Source: Nymphaea colorata (lineage: Eukaryota). Taken from it: 64,000 nucleotides of DNA. A program made the translations under genes and the position numbers. This document shows, piece by piece, positions 13,675 to 26,002 of the stretch. The stretch is taken from NCBI RefSeq assembly GCF_008831285.2, contig NC_045138.2:24180001-24244000 (forward strand), read 5' to 3'. Positions within the stretch are counted from its first letter, which is position 1. Every line of letters starts with the position of its first letter. A model generated the notes under the pieces. That model saw only the letters and a list, made by a program, of their open reading frames with translations, had not been told where the DNA came from and searched no databases.

Positions 13675-14334
13675 TGTTGGGATACAATGCGGATAAACAC
13701 GAATCTACTAAAAAAGATTCAACAACGAAGTATAGTCCAAACCGATCATGCAAGAAGCAACAAACCAATGACCAAGCAATCACAAATGCGCAAGAAAATT
13801 TTTACGTGGAAAACCCCTCTAAACAATGAGGGTAAAAACCACGGGGTACTACGACCCAAACTCAATCCACTATAATCAATGATATAAGTTGTCCCACGAG
13901 GGGCTACACAAAGCCAACCCTCCAACAATAATATCTCACCAAAGCTATATGAGAAAAACAATGGAAAAATATCACCGATTGAATGCCCAAAACGTGGATT
14001 GGGAGGAGATGCGTTTCGCCTCCTCGTTGGAATCGAATCTTGCTCTAGCCAAATGCTCGCAACCTTCTCTTGCTCTTCTCCTTTCTTCTTCTCCTTCTCT
14101 CCTCTCTTCTTCTCCTTTTCGCCTCTTGTTGTGCAGCCACCAAGAGAGAGTACGAAAGATCACACCTCTCCTTCTCTTTTCCCAAAAACGGAACCCTAAA
14201 GAGAGAGTGAGAGAGAGACGTGAAAAAGAACGAGTGAGAGTGGGGGGCACCATCGGGTGCCCTCCTTTTCCTTCCGCCCGTCACTTAAGTGACGGGCTGG
14301 ATCGGGTCCACTTGAGGCTGGACCCGACCCAACA
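13675..14334 (-). repeat. 5' LTR of copia element
   Basis: Adjacent to PBS; direct repeat of 8942-9601. Confidence 0.95.
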
Positions 14335-15850
14335 TGTGTCTGTGTGCGTGCATGTGAAATAATTGACGGCAATTTGAGACTCTTTAACCAGCGCTTGTGT
14401 GAAAGTTGTTCCTATTTGAAACATGGTGTAGGAAACATTTGGCGGTGATTGGAAGATATTCAAGATTTGAGTATGTATGTGTCCCGAACAATGATACGGA
14501 GGGCAGGGGAAAGAAGATCTTGTCTCCTGTATTCTGTCATCGAAATGGGAAAATCATGTCGTTAGATTTCTTCCCGTTTACTTTGTTTAAGTTAGCACAT
14601 GGTGATCAAAGAACCAGAGGCTCTGTTCTCTCTACAATCTATCCCCCTTCTAGTGAAGGCCTTGGATCTTAAGCAGATCATATACCAGCACATTTTCTTA
14701 TGTTTGACATCACAGTATCAAGTTAGTTGGGTATTGAACGAAAACATCAATATTATGCAATTGATCATCCGCCTTCACTGGTGACGAATAACATGGTCCC
14801 AGACACCCAAGAGGACGTATGGTTCTCATCGGGCATTGTCAAATTGACTACTTGTTACCATCTGCATCCCAAATTAACACGTACGGTGATGCCTTTGTTT
14901 ATAGAAGACCATATGGTGGTTATTTATAAATATGTCAAAAGTTGAGTTATTATTCATAATTTTTTTTTTCAATCAACGAGCTAAACATATTTTATATGGG
15001 TATACATACAAATATCATTTTCTGACTTATATATACGATGGAAATGGCAACACAGAATATCTAAAGCCATGACTGTCTGTTCGTCAGCCAAAAGGAGCAT
15101 CCTACTATCACTTTCATACCAGTGAAAGCAAATTAAAAATGAAGAAATGGATGAGAAATTAAAGAGAAAAAAAAGGACAGAGAGAAACTGAGTGCGATGA
15201 ATATACAGATCAGAGGACCCACAAACGAAAGATGCTGATTTAGCATGAGGGGCTATCGTAAAGGTCTTCCTAACACCATCTTGCTTTCATTAAAACGACA
15301 CGCTTGTTAACGTCATTTGAGATCCTTCTTTCTAAATTAGAATGAACAACGATTCGAAGGGCAAAACAAATATGCAGAGAAAAAATTGGTCCACGACTAC
15401 TGATAATCTGAAATGGATCACTTGGTCGAGGTCCACAAGTAAGCAATAACGAGGCAGACACCCCCAGCTTGGTAGTCTCCATTATTCGTCTGTTTAATTT
15501 CTTTCTTACTAATGAATTTTTATTCTGAAGCCGATCAGCATCTACATCTGCAGCTAGATCATTTTCTTTCAGAAGAAATGAATGTATGCATTTTATCGGA
15601 TGAAGAAAAAAGGCCCGATTTCTCCATCTTACCTCATTTACCGAATTTTATTTAACCCCACTTTGTTAATTGGACTCATACTACAACATTCCGGAAATTG
15701 AAAACTTTATAGTGTTCCTCAAAGAGTTGGAAACTTCGAGAAGCTTGTACCTCTTTTGTGGGAAACAGATCGCTTCATTTAGAACAAAGAACCTCAATCT
15801 ATTCTGGTATCTGTTTTATCGTTGTATGCTCACTTTTTTTTTATAAAAAT

Positions 15851-16554
15851 CTAAGCAGCAACGAAGAGGCTGAAAGATTAGACTGGGAAAAAAGGGTGAA
15901 CATCATAATTGGTGTTGCCGATGCTTTGTCGTACATGCATCATGATCATTCAGTTCCAGTAATTCATCTGGACATCTCTAGCAACAAGATTTTGTTATAT
16001 CCCGATTTCGATGCATGCATTTCAGACTTTGGAACAGCCAAATTACTGAACCCAGATTCATCAAATTGGACTGGCCTTGCAGGACACACCGCTACATGGC
16101 AACAGGTACGCACTAGAATTTTTTGATCATGCAGCGTTTTTTGCTTTGTCAATAAACCTTGTTTGTTTTTTTGTGGGTGCTAACTAAAGATGACCACTTT
16201 ACTGCAGAGTTGGCATATGCCATGAGAGTAACAGAGAAATGTGATGTCTACAGGTTTGGGGTGGTAGCTCCTGAAATTCTAATGGGAAGGCACCCAGGAG
16301 AACTATTGTCGTCTCTGGTTATTCTCAAAAAGCAAGAGCTTGATGTAAAGCTCTGGGATATGCTGGACCAACGAATACCAGCTCCAGGGGACCAAGAAGC
16401 AGAGTTGGTGGCTGCTGTAGCCAAGCTTGCAGTCATGTGCAAAGACATGAAACTGGTATCACGGCCTACAATGCGCTCTGTTTCTCTGCATCTGTCATCT
16501 CCCAGCAGAAAGCATTATTTGTTCAAAGCCTTACAAGACAATCATGCATCATGA
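15851..16554 (+). pseudogene. MIK2-like LRR-RLK remnant (C-terminal half of kinase only)
   Basis: [18 protein letters not shown]...HLDISSNKILL...DFG, then the conserved intron and last exon. HRD is mutated to HLD, there is a frameshift before APE, and the ectodomain and N-lobe are absent. Confidence 0.9.
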
Positions 16555-18178
16555 GAATGGCCTACACAGTTGTTCAGATACTGCTTCTTTGTACAAAACC
16601 TCTCTGTCCAAGTGAAAGTTGCAAAAGGAGTAATTACACACTCCCAGAATTTTACGTCTTCAAAAGTGGGGCATTTGCCTCTCCGAGTAGGTCTAGCGCT
16701 TGAATTAGAGGATTTGCACGAAATGATTGGAATGGTTCGGAAATTGAAGAAAAGATGCTTGTTAATTTCATGATGAGAGAAGTAGTAATGATAAATCATT
16801 ATCAGTTACGCATTTTTTTTTCTTAAATTTTTTGACATATTTGCGATACTAAATTTGACAAAATGTTTTAACAAAATTAACGATACATATTTCAGAAATG
16901 AAGTTGCTCATTTTCACGAACCGTTTTAAGAATGCAACATACCACAGGTTTGAAACGGACCTCCCGTTAATCAAATCAGAAAAGAAACTTCAACTCTAAC
17001 CAACAACTGAATTTGAGTTAGTCGCATATTCAATTCTAGCAAACATCCCAATCCATTTAGATGCGATAATTCAAGTTCATTGTGCATTTCATTGGAATCC
17101 AAATCCGAACAAGCAGCATGTGACCAGTTAAATCACATGATTCGGAACCCTCTTTTAGTTGTCAGTCACTTGGGATTCTTTCGTGCTTATGACCTAAAAA
17201 TCTGTCGACTCTCGGAAAAGCAAAATAATGGATTTATGCATGCTGGCCCAGTTTTAGTTGTCTGCCATTTGGGATTCTTTCGTGTATATGCGCGCTCATA
17301 TGTGTATCACATAAATACATATATAAGAACATGGAGATAATACAAATCAATTCTTTTCTTTTGTGTTGAAGACCTTACCATTTTCAAAAGAACGAAGCCG
17401 TTGAAAGTTTTTTTCAAAGCTGTACAGAGGATTGACGGCCGAGCCACACTGCCAGCTCTCACGTAATATATATTTACACATAAGTTTTTTAAAAAATTCA
17501 TTTAAGGTATAAAAAAATTTGGAAAAATGATATTTTGATTCTTGTTAAACTTATTTTGAAATTATGATTTGATAGTTCTCGTGAAAAATTTTTTGCTTTC
17601 GCCCTGGCCCCACCCAAGTAGTTCCAAAGATCCTCTAAAAGATTTGTGGTTTGTCTTTTCTCAACCACCACTAGAAAGGGAACCATTGTCTGGAACGGGA
17701 GAAAGTGCTGAACCACACTTGGTATCTGTCGTTTTGGGTTAGTGTTCAAACTTAAATTAGGTCGCACCTACCAATGGGTGGAGCGAGTGGGTCTGCATGG
17801 CGACATGTTTATTAAGAGACCCAAAAGAAACATAATTAATAGAGATTACATGGTTCAAGATCTTTCTATCTAGCCATATGGGCGGCGCATGCAAGGCACT
17901 TTGGTCAAAACCTCGCGCTCGCCGAAATGGAAACTGAAGCGCCTAGTCGCACCACCAACTGAGGAATTAAGCTTGTCGGTATCAGGAGTCGGCCTAATTG
18001 ATTGGATCGACCGGCCACAATCGTTTTCTGCTTTTGTAAAATCTGTCCTATCTTTTGACACACATATTCCAAAGATTATAGATGCATACAAAAATGAAAT
18101 TTTAAATTGAATATTTTGTAGCATTTAAGGACAGTTGGTTGGAACCTTTTAGCTATCCAAGTTTGCGTTTGAGCCTAA

Positions 18179-19513
18179 ATGGATAACATGATCTACTACT
18201 TCTCGCTCTCAATCCTCTTCCTGGTAAGTGCTCATCGTCTCTCCTCCATCTGAGTAGCGAGCCCTTCGATTCAGGCACCGTAGAACTTGAGAGGGAGGGC
18301 CACCCTACCTGCCAGGAATTGAGGCGGTGTCTGCCGTCTTTGGCATTCCCACATCGCCGCACACACGTCTCAAACGAGGAAGCATGCGTTTCCATAACCA
18401 AGCAGTCTTTTCACACAAAGATTGCCTCCATTAGTACGACTTGAATTGCAGTATATATGGTGGATGACGATTGCTTCCTTTTTTCAATCTTAGCAGCTCG
18501 TTGGGGCCAGAAACGATGGCGCTTTTACCATAAGTTCATATTGGAATGAGGTCTTCCCCAGAACCCCCATGCCCCATGCCATTCGAGCTCTCCTGCCATC
18601 CTTCTCAATGATGCCAAGTATTCTATCAGTGGTCTTCTTATCCGTTAGTTTTCCAGAAAAAAAGAAAAGAAAATTCTTTTATAAAAAATATTATATATTG
18701 ACCAGCTAGCCTTTTTCACTTACTGCAGGATATGGTGGTACACCTTGTCGTTGTGCCTGGGGTGGAAGGTGGGGTGTGTTGGGGCACAACCACGATCAAT
18801 CTAAGCGTAATTGGTCACCGAACCTTGCACCTCTATATTTCTTAAGGGACGACCTCCACCCTGGTAGCAAGATGAACGTCACCATAATGATCAGCCCGAC
18901 AATGGTAGATGGTTCTAAAGGTGGTATCAGCATTGAGCCAACCTTCTTGCCACGCCAACAAGCTCAAGCAATTCCCTTCTCCACCTCCAATCTCACTACC
19001 ATCCTTAAGACGTTCTCCATTCAACCCCACTCTGAGTACGCATCTTTTACAAGGCAAACGCTTCAAGATTGTGAGGGGCCTGCACTTAAAGGAGAAGTTA
19101 AGTACTGTGCAACATCTCTGGAATCCATGATCGATTTCGTTGTCGCAGAACTCGGAAGCCGTGAGATTCATGCAGTCGTCACTTCCGTTGTTAACAAAGA
19201 GGAGAAGGTGAAGGCGAGGACTTACAGAGTAGGTGATGGAGGGGGGAAAGTGATGTCTTCCAAAGTTGTGACATGCCACGACGTCACGTTTCCTTATGCC
19301 GTCTTCTACTGCCACAATTTCCAGGGCACAAGGCCATACATGGTTCCATTGATTGCTGATGATGGTAGCCGAGTAAACGCCATTGCTTTGTGCCATTTTG
19401 ATACATCAAATTGGAACCCTGGACACGCGAGCTTCCGGTTGCTGGGTGTGAAACCGGGAACTGTTCCCATTTGCCACTTCATTCTAAAGGATCTCGCCTG
19501 GGTCCCCAACTGA
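18179..19513 (+). CDS. BURP-domain protein copy 4 (exons 18179-18223, 18497-18617, 18729-19513; ~316 aa); type B 5' end with type A 3' end
   Basis: Open spliced frame with signal peptide, YWNEVFP-TPMP motif, variable segment RYGGTPCRCAWGGRW and four CH motifs. The exon 2 donor A|gtattc is weaker than in paralogues. Confidence 0.85.
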
Positions 19514-22243
19514 CCTTCATGCCACCTCCTTAGTATGAGCCTGCCATGTCCTAATGATAAACTTGAATGTACCGATAGAAAATAAAATGGAATTGATCAA
19601 GTAGCTTGCCTTATGTCTGCGACTCTTTGCCGTCAGACTTGTAGCCCAAGTCGAGCCAAGTGTAAGCATCAAATTAAAAAAATACTTTAGTTGTTATTCG
19701 ATATCTTTCCAATATACAAAGGGCCCCCTTTGTATGCCCATCCGCCCAAATGTAAGGTCTTAACATTAAGTCCCACGCAATCTATTTATTTACATATTAG
19801 TTAGTCTCATCTGTTTGCATACTAAGTTTATATAATTATATTGGTGCACCTCAAATATTACTTGCTTATTATCTACGGTGCCCCCTCATTCATTTTAGCG
19901 TAGCGATGCCAATAAATCCCATAGATCTGACCCTACTGCTTTTGAAGAAATCAGACAAGAAAAAAGTTTAACATTCAAATAAGAAATCAAATCCAATTCG
20001 AAATTACATTCGATCAGATTTGGATTTAGGTAAATTTCTGATTGGATGTGGTGAAGGTGGATTATGGTAAAATTTGAGCCCTGCTGTTCCGCCCGGCCGG
20101 TTCCTTAAGGTTTCACCATGAGGAAGGAGCAGGAGCAGAGACAAAAAGTTGTAGCTAAGGAGCACTAAATATAAAATTTTAAATTTTAAGGGCACCAACA
20201 TGTAAGTGAAAAAAATTATTCAGAAATATCAAATACAAAATTAAGAAAATTTTTAGGTTCCCCGTGGGCAGTTGCCCACACATAGCCTCCTCCATCCCTC
20301 AGAAGGAGCCGGTCTGCCTCTTGAATTTGAGCATGGGATTGAACCACCCACGATGTTTGTTGATTTATATATATGTCAAAGGCTTGAGAGGTTACCTGTA
20401 AATTTCTCTATTTATTGTTCCTTTCTATGTCATGACTTAGAAAAAAGACGTTCAATATCTTTTCTCCAAATATGACAAGTTAATTACCCCACATCTAAAA
20501 TCTTGTACTTAACAAGTAAAACTGCTCAATAGCCTTTGGCTATATCCGAACTCATTCTCAGATGAAAGTCAAAAGCAACTTCTTCTGTCAAATTAATTTG
20601 ACAGTCGGTGTGAACTAATCAACTGATCAATGGTCGTCAACCCAAAGATCGATGTCCCAAACAATAAGTGGACGGTGAATATGGCAAACTTGGAAAAGGG
20701 AGGCAAAATGGGATGGAAGATCTGTCTCTGTATTCTGTCATCGAAATGGGGAAATCATGCCATTAGATTTAGCCGCGTTTACTTTGTTTAAGTTAGCACA
20801 TGGTGATCAAAGAACCAGAGGCTCTGTTCTCTCTGGAATCCGTTCACCCTTCTGGAGAATGCCTTGGATCTTAAGCAGATCACATACCAGGACATTTTCT
20901 TATGTTTGACAGCACGGTGTCACGTTAGTTAGGTATTCAACGTAAACATCAATATTATGCAGTTGATCATAGAGCAGTGGCGCCTTCACTACTGGTGACG
21001 AATAACATGGTATGGTTCTCATCTCTTCTCTACGGGCATTGTCAAGTTGACTACTTGTTACCAATTGCATCCCAAATTAACAAGTACGGTGATGCCTTTG
21101 TTTATAGAAGGCCATATGGCGGTTATTTCTAAATATGTCAAAAGTTGAGTTATTATTGATTTTGTTTTTTCAATCAATGAACTAAACATATTTTATACGA
21201 GTATACATACAAATACCATTTTCACAGAATATCTAAAGCCATGACTGTTTGTTTGTCAGCCAAAGGAGCATCCTACTATCATTTTGATACCACTGAATCA
21301 AGAAATGGATGAGAATAAAGAGAAAAAAAGGGAAGAGAGAAACTGAGTGTGATAAATCAAAGGACCCACCAATAAAAGATGCTGACTTTAGCATGACATG
21401 ACTGGCTATCGTAAAGGTCTTCCTGACCCCATCTTGCTTTTATTAAAACGACACGCTTGTTAACGTCATTTGAGATCCTTTTTTCTAAATAAGAATGAAC
21501 AACGATTCGAAGGGCAAAAAAAATACGAAGAGAAAAAATTGGGCCACGACTGCTAATAATCTGAAATGTATCACATGGTCGCGGTCCACAAGTAAGCAAT
21601 AACGAGGCAGACACCCCCTCTCCATTAATCCTCTGTTCAATTTTTTTCTTACTAATGAATTTTTATTCTGAAGCCGATCAGCATATATATCTGCAGCTAG
21701 ATCATTTTCTTTCAGAACAAATGAATGTATGCATTTTATCGGATGAAGAAAAAGAGGCCCGATTTCTCCATCTCACCTCATTTACCGAATTTCATTTAAC
21801 CCGACTTTGATAATTGGACACATATTACAACATTCGGGAATTGAAAACTTTATGGTGTTCCTCAAAGAGTTGGAAACTTCCAGAATCTTGTGCCTCTTTT
21901 GTGGGAAACAGATCGCTTCATTTAGAACCTCAATCTATTCTGGTATCTGTTTTGTCGTTGTATGCTCACTTTTCCTCAATTTGTTCTATACTTTTTTGCA
22001 GTAGTAAATATATCTATATATGACAATAATATGTTGCTGTCACATGTATACAGAATTTTTTTTCCATTTGCTTGTGTTTTATTTTCCCATTTACGTAATT
22101 GTTACTCTTTAACAAGCTTGTGGATACAATCCCATCATCTTTGGTCGGAATGCGTAGTTTGACGTCAGTGGATGTCCTTTAACAGTCTCACGGGGCCTCT
22201 TCCAAACAACTCTGCATTTTATGTGGAGGACTTGCCTTCCAGC

Positions 22244-22555
22244 TGTTAGGAACAACACAATAAACACTCCTCTCACACGCTCAAGAAGGGGTTAGAAGCA
22301 ACAAGGAAGAAGACAACGATTTACGTGGTTCAGAACAATAATCTCCTACGTCCACGGTCGCACAGATCTCTTGTATTCTCTCTCTTCTATGAACACACAG
22401 AACAGACACTCTCAGCGGCGGCCATCCTCAAAACATAAGGATTAGAGCAAACCCGCATTTGTACAAAATGACCCATATGCCCTTACATGAAGAAAAAATT
22501 TCTCAGCCATATTGCAAATGAGTGTCCAGTATGGATCAACTTCCATACACCAACA
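22244..22555. mobile_element. Solo LTR (312 bp)
   Basis: TGTTAG...CCAACA termini; perfect 5-bp TSD CCAGC (22239-22243, 22556-22560); absent from intact RLKs. Confidence 0.88.
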
Positions 22556-23478
22556 CCAGCCATGCAAGCCTCCCTCCGAGGCAAAAAGTCATAAGAAAAG
22601 TCAAAAAATTGAAGTCCATCATTATTCCAGTGATTAGTGATTGGTTGCTGTGCTCATTCTTATATTCCTTGTTATTGGGATGTACAAAGTTTGGCAAAAA
22701 GCAATGCAGAGGGAAGGCCAAAGAAGCATTCTTGCGGAAACAAACCATGCAAAAGATTTATTTTCTATATGAAACTATGATGACAAACTTGCTTATGAGG
22801 ATATTGTCAGTGCTACAGAGAATTTCAGTGATGAGTATGTTATTGGTAGAGGAGCACATGGTAGCGTTTACAGAGTTGAACTACCCACAGGTCAAATTGT
22901 GGCTGCCAAGAAGTTCAATCAGACCGGTAGTGATGTGTTACCAGACATGGGGTTCAGAAATGAGATTAAAGCATTGACAGAAGTCCGCCACAGGAACATA
23001 GTCAAGCTCTATGGATTTTGTAAGCATCCCCAATGCTCATTCTTGGTGTATGAATACATAGAGAGAGGAAGCTTGGCAAGCATACTAAGCAGCAACGAAG
23101 CGGCCAAAAGATTAGACTGGGCAAAAAGGGTGAACATCATAGCTGGTGTTGCCGATGCTTTGTCATGCATGCATCATGATCATTCAGTTCCAGTAATCCA
23201 TAGGGACATCTCTAGCAAGAACATTTTGTTATATTCCGATTTCAATGCATGCATTTCAGACTTTGGAACAACCAGATTACTGAACCCAGATTCATCAAAT
23301 TGGACTGGCGTTGCAGGGACACACGGCTACATAGCACCAGGTAAGCACTAGAAAACTTTGAACATGCAGCGATTTTTGCTTTATAGTGGCCTTACCCCAT
23401 TAGAAATTTAGATCCATCAATAAACTTTGTTTGTCTTTTGTGTGGGTGCTAACTAAAGATGACTGCTTTACTATAGAG

Positions 23479-23767
23479 TGTTAGGAACAGCACACAATAA
23501 ACTCTCCTCTCGCACTCTCAAGATGGGGTTAAAAGCAACAAGGAAGAAGACAACGATTTACGTGGTTCAGAGCAATAATCTTCTACGTCCACGGTTGCAC
23601 TTGTATTCTCTCTCTTCTATGAACACACAGAACAGACACTCACAAGCGGCGATCATCCTCAAAACATAAGGATTAAGGCAAACCCGCATTTGTACAAAAT
23701 GACATATATGTCCTTACATAAAGAAACAAAGAAGTGTCCAGTATAGATCAACTTCCATACACCAACA
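23479..23767. mobile_element. Solo LTR (289 bp), same family as 22244-22555
   Basis: TGTTAG...CCAACA termini; TSD TAGAG/CAGAG (one mismatch) duplicating the RLK splice acceptor. Confidence 0.85.
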
Positions 23768-26002
23768 CAGAGTTGGCATATACCATGAGAGTAACAAAGA
23801 AGTGTGATGTCTACATCTTTGGGGTGGTAGCTCTTGAAATTCTGATGGGAAGGCACCCAGGTGAACTACTATCATCTTTGGTTATTCTCCCAAGTGAAGA
23901 GCTTGATGTAAAGCTCTGGGATATGCTGGACCAACGAATAGCAGCTCCAGGGGACCAGCAAGAAGCAGAGATGGTGGCTGCTGTAGCCAAGCTTGCAGTC
24001 ATGTGCATAAACATGAAACCTGAATCACGGCCTACAATGCGCTCTGTTTCTCTGCATCTGTCCTCTCCCAGCAGAAAGCATTATTTGTTCAAAGCCTTAC
24101 AAGAGAATCACTCAAACAGATACGATGCATCATGAGAATGTACAAAACCTCATTGTCCCATTTGAGTAGGCCGGGTAGCCTCGTCCAGGTGAATGTATTA
24201 AAAACAGTCATTACACACTCCCAGAATTTTACCTCTTCAAAAGTGGGGCATTTGCTTCTACAAGTCGGTGTAGTGCTTGAATTAGAGGGTTTGCACAAAA
24301 TGATTGAAATGGTTCGGAAATTGAAGAAAAGATGCTTGCAGTTTTATGATGAGAGAAGTAGTATTGACAGAAAATTATCAGTCATGCATATTTTTTTTCT
24401 TAAATTTTTTGACATATTTACGATACTAAATTAGACAAAATGGTTTAACAAAATTAACGATACATATTTCAGAAATTAAGTTGCTCATTTTCACTTACCG
24501 TTTTAAGAATGCAACATACCACAGGTTTGAATCGGACCTCCCGTTAATCAAATCAGAAAAGAAACTTCAACTCTAACTAACAACTGAATTTGAGTTGGTT
24601 GCATATTCAATTCTAACAAACATCCCAATCCAATTAGATGCAACAATTCAAATTCATTGTGCATTTCATAGGAATCCAAATCCGAACATGCAGCATGTGA
24701 TGAGTTAAATCACTTGATTCAGAACCCTGTTTTAGTTGTCTGCCATTTGGGATTCTTTCGTGCTCATGACCTAAAAATCTTCTGACTCTGGCAATGCAAA
24801 TTAATGGATTTATAGTCTATCGCACTGATGACCTTTTTTTGCGGCATAGAAAATTGATGCCGCTATCAAGACTCGCGGTTGCACCAACACCTTCAATACA
24901 TAAAGAAATGGAGATAATACATATAAGAACATGGAGATATTACAAACCAATTCTTTTCTTTTGTTGGAGACAAATTAGCTTAGCCTGCGGTATCGACGAG
25001 CTTTGATTCTTCTCTCAACTTTCCTTCCATCTCTGTTGCAGGGGGAAAAGTTTCTTCTCAGAAAACATGGAAGTCAATATCGGTTGCCATGCATTGATGT
25101 GTATGCTTTTCTCAGCAAATCCACTTCCGTCCCAGCATGCATAGGCAATTGAACCAATTGGGGAAGCCGAAGAATTCAACATTCCGGCCTCTAGATTATC
25201 TGTGGAGTCAAAATCGGCCAATTCACTCACCTACTATTCACCTCCGACTAAAAACGTCGGAGCCGACTTCGAGAAAAAAAAATACCAAAGTATTTGTGAT
25301 GTTACCATATATTTTTCTGACCGATAACGTATCCTACCCGTATCAATCCATTCAAGTGTGCTTGGTGCGTGGTGACACCCACATTCCCGGTAAACTGTTG
25401 CCAAGAAAGAAAAAAAAAAACAAAAATTTTTAAAATTTAAAACAGGGGATTTTTATTTGGGTCCTACTTTTTAATTATGATCGGTTTTAATTTCGAATCT
25501 TTTTTTAACAAACCTCAGTTAGAAAAGGGCCAAAAACAAAATTGTATCATCTTAAACGACGTAGAAATTTGTGTTTTTCATCATTTCCTTTTAAAAGCAA
25601 AAAAATGAAAAAGTTTTTTTTTTCCTTTTACACTACAAAGGACATCATTTATTTATTTTCATCATTATCTTGTACACAGTCAAAACCAACGGTAAAAATA
25701 AGCCTTTTTTTACACCACTACATAAAAGTGAGACCAATATGAAAAAAAAAAAATATTCTAGGACCATAAAATTATGGCTAAAGAAAAATACATATAGTTC
25801 AACACTTCTCGTAAAAAATTATTGATTGGATGGACCAGCCACAATCGTTTTCTGCTTTTGTAAAATCTGTCTTATCTTCTGAAATACATACTCCCAACAT
25901 TATAGATTCATATAAAAATGACATTTTCAATTGAATATTTTGTAAAATTTAAGGATCATTGGTTGAAATCTTTTTGCTATCTAAGATTAAGTTTGAGGCT
26001 AA

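Larger units (their letters stand above)
8942..14334 (-). mobile_element. Full-length Ty1/copia LTR retrotransposon
   Basis: 660-bp LTRs TG...CA at 8942-9601 and 13675-14334; TSD TGTGT (8937-8941, 14335-14339). PBS TGGTATCAGAGCC (tRNA-iMet type) lies inside the right LTR and PPT GGAGGGGGAG next to the left LTR. The empty site ATACCATGTGTCTG is present in paralogous introns at ~26474 and ~34508. Confidence 0.97.
22111..24135 (+). pseudogene. MIK2-like LRR-RLK pseudogene (last LRRs, TM, kinase) with two solo-LTR insertions
   Basis: Homologous to 47707-49126. 5' truncated, with indels, W>stop at ~22770 and insertions at 22244-22555 and 23479-23767. Confidence 0.9.

Noticed and set aside
22244..23767. 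Single LTR element or TRIM that captured a kinase
   Set aside because: Each LTR has its own TSD, no PBS or PPT lies between them, and RLK sequence continues colinearly on both sides.
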